Source of the DNA: Thermoproteota archaeon
Lineage (GTDB): Archaea; Korarchaeota; Korarchaeia; Korarchaeales; Korarchaeaceae
NCBI GenBank assembly: GCA_015522685.1
Contig: WALU01000021.1
Coordinates: 1-22,579 of the forward strand
DNA length: 22,579 bases
Direction of reading: 5' to 3'
The notes beneath the pieces were generated by a model that did no database searches, was not told where the DNA came from, and saw nothing but the letters and a program-made list of their open reading frames with translations. The translations under genes and the position numbers were made by a program. Shown one piece after another: positions 17,933-22,579 of this stretch (positions are counted from its first letter, which is position 1; every line of letters begins with the position of its first letter).

Positions 17933-18551
17933 GCCTCCTTAATGATATTCCCAAGAGAAATACTGCTAGGCCAAGTGCTATCAAAGGTAAGGAGTTTAAT
18001 CCCTCAGAAGAATAAACTTTAATCGATACTGGATCCTCTGAGGGATTGTAAAGTAAGACTGAGTAATCACCACAGGGAATTCTTGTGATATTACCATTCT
18101 TCGTTATCCTCGCATCCTTTGGGATATCTTCTACTATATCGCAGAGTATTGAAGGGTTCTCGGATTTGATGGTTATATTCCATAACCCCTCCTCAACTGG
18201 GATTAGATATCCTCCATCTATAAACTCCTTTGTTATGTTAAGGGAGACGCAATGGCTCTCTATTTTGAGAGATAACTTGCCTTTATTGCCCTTAATGAGT
18301 GGAAAATATACATCCTTCTCCTCAATGTAGTCTCCTTTCCCTAAATATCTAACATTCAACTTCCTCAGATCAATGCATAAGGAATCATTAGCTTCCAAAA
18401 CCAAGCTTGTTCCATTGCAGGAAATTATTTCATATGTTCTGTCCTCTACTACTGATTCTAATATCCTTTTTCTTTTCATGGATCCCAAAGATCCAAGCAT
18501 GAACAGAAAAACTCCGATCCCTACTACGATATAAGGTAAAATCTCCTTCAT
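17868..18551 (-). CDS. Membrane protein with N- and C-terminal TM helices flanking a beta-rich domain
   Basis: Hydrophobic segments ILPYIVVGIGVFLFMLGSLG and LPLIALGLAVFLLGISL. ATGA overlap with the upstream gene. Confidence 0.75.
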   Translation of the reverse strand: MKEILPYIVVGIGVFLFMLGSLGSMKRKRILESVVEDRTYEIISCNGTSLVLEANDSLCIDLRKLNVRYLGKGDYIEEKDVYFPLIKGNKGKLSLKIESHCVSLNITKEFIDGGYLIPVEEGLWNITIKSENPSILCDIVEDIPKDARITKNGNITRIPCGDYSVLLYNPSEDPVSIKVYSSEGLNSLPLIALGLAVFLLGISLRRREYAHRDWRGRGRENSVRSLN

Positions 18552-21022
18552 GAAAATCTTCTCCTTGCTATCAAATAAACCAGAAGCGTAACTACTACAA
18601 GCATTATTGTATCTGGTGTAATACTGCTTTCTTCTCCTTTAGAATAGATCATGCACCTAGCTGAGAATCTCCTCTCTATCTTCCTTGTCCTTGTGGCCCT
18701 TTCACTGCTGGATGTAATGAAATGAGATTCTTCCTTTCCTTTCTCAATTGACTGTTTTATCCGGGCTTTATTTTCGGATGAATTAACTTCTGAGACTATG
18801 AAATCTAACTGGCTGAATTTTACGGTTCCTTTACCTATATATGCCCATCTAACAGACCAATTACCAGTAACATTGACTAGAAGATATATAACTCTTCTGC
18901 TAATGACGGGGAAATCTGCTACCGTTCTACGAGAGGGATTCAATATCCATATTCGCCCCTTGACTCCTTCAGATGGCGTAACCATCACAGTAACATTTTG
19001 ACCAATCGTTGGATTAGAGGGTATCACTGCTACATTAAATCTCGCCTCATAAGCTCTTATTTCTCGTTTAGATTTATTTCTAGGCTTTTTCTTAATGGAG
19101 GTGATGCTAGTAGAAGATCTTGAATGCTCATACTCGGAAATAGTCTTACTATGGCCTTTAACCTTCTTAGACCTTTCACTTGTAGTTCTCTGAGTCTTTA
19201 ACCCCTCGGTACTGGTAGCCGTGGTCATTGCACTCGTGGTGGAAGTAGCTGAAGATTTCATAGTTACTGAGATTGTTTGAGTCCGATGGACTGTAACTAT
19301 TTTGTTGTAAGATACCTCAGCTCCATCGATATCTATGGCATTTACCACTATTTTCAGCTGAGAAGCATTCGATGGGACCGAATAGTGAGCGACTCCTTCA
19401 CCCTCGAAATGATAGATGGAATCGTTGATTTGTATCGTGATCTTCACGCCCGAAGAATCATCTGTAGCCCTTACTGAGATGGCAATATTATCTCCTGGTC
19501 TCAGCTCATCCTTATCTAGAGATATCTCCACTTTAGGAGGGATGTTCTCAAGGAGAACATCCCATATCTTCGAACTCCAACCGAAATCGTTCTTAGCCAC
19601 AGCTTCTATCTTATACTTGCCTTGTTTAGCATCTTTAGGGATCTCTATTGTGTAAAATCCTTCGCTATCTGCATCAATCTCCTTGTTCATATAACTTATC
19701 GAGCCAGAGACGTTAGTACCCCGAATCTCTATCTTATATTTATCTCCTCTGTGAACAGTTAATGGTAAACCTCCCTCAATGACTGGTGGCCTTCCAACTT
19801 CGATCTGTGCATTGGAGGAAGCAGTAGCTCCATCCATGTCTACTGCTTCTGCCTCTATAGATAAATCTCCCTCAAAGTCATTTGGAATGTTGTAGAAGAT
19901 AGTCTCTCCATTCTCGCTTAAATTCCACTCTTCATGAATCTCCTTTCCATCCGCATAAAGCGAAACTTTTAACTCAGTGGAATCATCCTGAGCAGTTACG
20001 TTTATCTTGACGCTTTGGCCTGGGACGGCCTTCTTCTTATCTATGCTAAGCTTTACCTCAGGAGGTACGTTCACTATGGTGGTTGTCCAGCTTCCATTAC
20101 GGGATCCATCTACGTCCTTAACTATGGCATTTAAGTTATAAGATCCAGCGGACACGTCTCTAGGGATCTCTATAACATTGTCTCCTCTTACAAGACTATA
20201 TTCCTTACCAAAGGCTGACAAGCTACCACTTACAGAATCTCCATCGCCCTCACTTACTGTGATCTTTATTAAATCTGATCTGTGGACTTGGGGTGGTATA
20301 TCCACGCTGATCTCAGGTGGTCTTCCTATAACAGTAAATGAACGAGTTTTGCTATCTCTAGCGGAAACACCTGAGTAATACTTATACACAGTGAATGTAA
20401 TGCTTTTGGATCCGGCAGGTTGATTCACAAAGTTTACAGATGCGTACTCCTTGAAACTACCTCTAGATATTCTGCTTAACGAGTAGGTATGAGATCCTAG
20501 CTTAGCAGAAACTGTCAGGGAACCAACTCCATCATCTATAGCCCCAAGACCACTCGCTTCCAGAGCTATCCTGTCCTTCTTGCTTATAGTAGTGGGAGAT
20601 ATACTAACGGACCATGAGCTTGGGATCGCTACTATATAGGACTTCCCTAAGTTTAGCGTATCTGAATCGGAGTATCCATCCACTTGGCATGTTATCGTAA
20701 TCGAGAGGTATGCATACTTCCCTGGAGAATTCCTAATCCTGACATATACGCTACCACTATCCGAGCTTTTAGAGATACTCTTAGAGATGAGCTCTGTATT
20801 ACTTCCACTGGCATCTACCCCTAGATTCGTGTTGCTAGGATCGCTTGTCGTTAAATCGAACCAAAACTTCACTATGAGGTCTCCTGGATCTGTTGCCTGT
20901 GGCATGCTTGAGGGGCTAGCTCTCGTGAGTTTGATGGAGCACCCCGCTCCTCTCACCTGAGGAGACCAGAGAAGGAAAAGTAGAATTAGCAAAAAGGACG
21001 CTTCAGTAACGGCCTGCATCAA
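18548..21022 (-). CDS. Secreted, C-terminally anchored Ig/cadherin-like repeat surface protein
   Basis: Signal peptide (FLLILLFLLWSPQVRG), repeated beta domains with GRPP/NxPP, AxDDS and AxDxDG motifs, Ser/Thr-rich stalk, C-terminal TM IMLVVVTLLVYLIA followed by RRR. Start is TTG 21022 or ATG 21019. Confidence 0.8.
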   Translation of the reverse strand: MMQAVTEASFLLILLFLLWSPQVRGAGCSIKLTRASPSSMPQATDPGDLIVKFWFDLTTSDPSNTNLGVDASGSNTELISKSISKSSDSGSVYVRIRNSPGKYAYLSITITCQVDGYSDSDTLNLGKSYIVAIPSSWSVSISPTTISKKDRIALEASGLGAIDDGVGSLTVSAKLGSHTYSLSRISRGSFKEYASVNFVNQPAGSKSITFTVYKYYSGVSARDSKTRSFTVIGRPPEISVDIPPQVHRSDLIKITVSEGDGDSVSGSLSAFGKEYSLVRGDNVIEIPRDVSAGSYNLNAIVKDVDGSRNGSWTTTIVNVPPEVKLSIDKKKAVPGQSVKINVTAQDDSTELKVSLYADGKEIHEEWNLSENGETIFYNIPNDFEGDLSIEAEAVDMDGATASSNAQIEVGRPPVIEGGLPLTVHRGDKYKIEIRGTNVSGSISYMNKEIDADSEGFYTIEIPKDAKQGKYKIEAVAKNDFGWSSKIWDVLLENIPPKVEISLDKDELRPGDNIAISVRATDDSSGVKITIQINDSIYHFEGEGVAHYSVPSNASQLKIVVNAIDIDGAEVSYNKIVTVHRTQTISVTMKSSATSTTSAMTTATSTEGLKTQRTTSERSKKVKGHSKTISEYEHSRSSTSITSIKKKPRNKSKREIRAYEARFNVAVIPSNPTIGQNVTVMVTPSEGVKGRIWILNPSRRTVADFPVISRRVIYLLVNVTGNWSVRWAYIGKGTVKFSQLDFIVSEVNSSENKARIKQSIEKGKEESHFITSSSERATRTRKIERRFSARCMIYSKGEESSITPDTIMLVVVTLLVYLIARRRFS

Positions 21023-21057
21023 ATAATCTCTAAGCAGAATATAAAGTGGAGCTATAT

Positions 21058-21075
21058 TTCAAAAAGGAAGAAAAC
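21058..21075 (-). terminator. Oligo-T terminator-like tract after the Lrp gene
   Basis: The minus strand reads GTTTTCTTCCTTTTTGAA just after the stop, followed by a TTTATAT box (21039-21045) that could start the next unit. Confidence 0.4.
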
Positions 21076-21077
21076 TA

Positions 21078-21500
21078 TTACCAAGTAGCCAGAACTATCA
21101 CGCTTAGAGTATTACTAACGCCTCCCATGCCTCTTATTCCCTCTATCGTATTATTTAAGCTAGATGTATCTGGACTCGATATCTCAGCGACAATATCGTA
21201 CTCCCCTGTGACCTCGCAAGCCTTAGCAACGTTATCCATTTCAGATATAGCCTTAGCTATCTCCGGTATATTGTAGCCCGATCTTACCTTTATCAGTACG
21301 ATGGCTTCCATTCCAGATTCTCCTATCTCTACAGTAAACCTCTTTATTATTCCCCCCTTAATTAGTTTACTTACCCTTTTTCTCACTGTCGCCTCACTGA
21401 TCCCTAGCTCCTTGGCTATATTCGTGTAAGGAGTTCTAGCATCCTTAACGAGTATCTCAATTATCCTCTTGTCCATATCATCTAGCAGTTTTATCGCCAT
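21078..21500 (-). CDS. Lrp/AsnC family transcriptional regulator
   Basis: LDDMDKRIIEILVKDARTPYTNIAKELGISEATVRKRV..L...GIIKRFT HTH, and a RAM domain with EVTGEYDI. Confidence 0.95.
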   Translation of the reverse strand: MAIKLLDDMDKRIIEILVKDARTPYTNIAKELGISEATVRKRVSKLIKGGIIKRFTVEIGESGMEAIVLIKVRSGYNIPEIAKAISEMDNVAKACEVTGEYDIVAEISSPDTSSLNNTIEGIRGMGGVSNTLSVIVLATW

Positions 21501-21649
21501 GATATCCCTCTAAGAACAAGTAATTAATATTAGCTATGGAAGTGTCGATGCGCTTTTGTTACGCCTAACAGAATATGTGCAAAATAATCTTCAGTAACCT
21601 ATAAGACATTCCCTATGTAATATAATCACAACAGTAAAGAGCTCTAAGT

Positions 21650-22004
21650 CTCCCTCGATGGAATTAAGACAAATCTTCCCCTCTCAGCTTTCTCATGTTA
21701 ATTCAAACATTTTAGAGCTTTCTATCTCGGAACATATCTTGATGGGAACATTCTTAGCTATCATAAAAGAGATATGATAAACAACTCCCCTAGGAGATCC
21801 TTCCTTTCCCTCTAAATTTATATGCCAGCCTTCCTCACTGGCCTCTATGGTAGCTCGCTCCTAAACAGCCTTCATCTTCAAATCTAACATCTCCTATGGG
21901 AAAGCTATACTTCAGTAAAAGGGATCTCTAAAAGAAGTTCTCTTCTTTATCATAAGAATATAGCTGCCTTTAGAACTATTTCTTTGTACTACATTGCAAT
22001 CCAT
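21650..22004 (-). pseudogene. Probable decayed Nudix hydrolase
   Basis: Frame-broken fragments: YKEIVLKAAIF, LLLKYSFPIGDVRFE, ERATIEASEEG-INLEG, VYHISFMIAK, IKICSEIESSKMF. Together they resemble the 'WxFPGGxV-E...RExxEExG' Nudix box and the downstream 'SE...KWF' strand. Confidence 0.45.
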
Positions 22005-22056
22005 CAATTACTTTAAATTCTCGATACAATAAAAACGATTTGAGAAGGTGCCTCGA

Positions 22057-22579
22057 TTGGGGCTGCTGGACATAGTATATAAAGTAGCTAGCAGGATAGA
22101 GATGCCTATCTATCGAAAATATTTGGAATCTAAGGTTAGAAAGGGGGAAATACCAAAGCATATAGCTCTTATACTCGATGGAAATAGGAGGTTCGCTAAG
22201 AAGCTAGGTTTAAGCTGGATAGAAGCCTATAGAATGGGTGCAAATATAACAGAGAGATTATTAGAGTGGCTACTGGATTTGGGAGCTGAGCATGTAACTC
22301 TCTATGCCTTCTCCACAGAAAATTTCTCAAGGCCTAGGGATCAGGTCGATATCATATTTCAAGTAATAGGAGAGAAACTCATAGAGATGCTTGAAAAGAT
22401 TAATAAGCTGAAGAGGGGCGGCGTATCTATTAGGGTTTTAGGAAGGCGGGAATTATTACCTGAGGGCATAAAGGAGTTATCAGAAGAGCTGGAGAGGAAG
22501 ACATCGAAATTTGGCCCGAAGACTCTCAATATAGCTATTGCTTACGGAGGTAGAACCGAGATAGTGGACGCTGTGAGGA
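22057..22579 (+). CDS. uppS: cis-prenyltransferase (undecaprenyl/polyprenyl diphosphate synthase), 5' partial; absent from the ORF track because it runs off the window
   Basis: Manual translation from TTG 22057 (AAGGTG SD upstream): ...IPKHIALILDGNRRFAKK...VTLYAFSTENFSRP...IRVLGRRELLP...LNIAIAYGGRTEIVDAVR. Confidence 0.95.
   Translation, partial: MGLLDIVYKVASRIEMPIYRKYLESKVRKGEIPKHIALILDGNRRFAKKLGLSWIEAYRMGANITERLLEWLLDLGAEHVTLYAFSTENFSRPRDQVDIIFQVIGEKLIEMLEKINKLKRGGVSIRVLGRRELLPEGIKELSEELERKTSKFGPKTLNIAIAYGGRTEIVDAVR

Noticed and set aside
13303-21022. Single operon coupling the secretion module to SMC (DNA-transfer machine)
   Set aside because: A BRE/TATA-like element at 15633-15647 is correctly spaced for an independent smc transcript, and no VirB4/HerA-like DNA translocase is present. 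Adjacency alone is insufficient.
412-21276. Many short antisense ORFs in the track (e.g. 7126-7584, 7588-7965, 12028-12345, 15695-16063, 21046-21276)
   Set aside because: They are shadows of well-supported genes on the opposite strand, Ser/Leu/Phe-rich, with no recognisable motifs.
21976-22161. 61-aa minus-strand ORF
   Set aside because: It overlaps the uppS 5' end in antisense and has no motif.
22225-22239. uppS has AYRMG where bacteria have GHxxG
   Set aside because: From memory, this variation occurs in other archaeal cis-prenyltransferases, and the catalytic DGNRR and FSTENF motifs are intact.
1-22579. tRNA, rRNA, CRISPR arrays, IS elements
   Set aside because: No cloverleaf or GC-rich structured RNA, regularly spaced repeats, transposase or terminal inverted repeats were seen by eye. 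Small C/D-box sRNAs cannot be excluded without a covariance search.

Overview
Archaeal chromosomal window (about 40% GC by eye, archaeal TATA/BRE-type promoters, archaeal gene set). A thermophilic TACK/Korarchaeia-like origin is a guess from gene content only. In order: a small winged-helix gene; a HAD hydrolase and type IA topoisomerase; a 1291-aa cell-surface glycoprotein (beta-helix + four DUF11-like domains + TM + cytoplasmic PIN-like tail); an acyl-CoA transferase; a SAM methyltransferase; a decayed tmcA/Nat10 pseudogene; the minus-strand run smc-scpA-scpB-pyrD-MBL hydrolase; a four-gene surface module (cadherin/Ig-like repeat protein, 2-TM protein, VirB11/TadA-type ATPase, TadC-like protein); an Lrp/AsnC regulator; a probable Nudix remnant; and the 5' part of uppS. 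Most notable: (i) the surface protein with an intracellular PIN-like domain, (ii) a hinge-containing SMC of only 768 aa with roughly half-length arms, (iii) a TopA whose active-site Arg is replaced by Gly (SYIGTES), (iv) a secretion ATPase/TadC module with a cadherin-like adhesin but no visible pilin, and (v) several unannotated pseudogenes. No rRNA, tRNA, CRISPR array or transposase was recognised.
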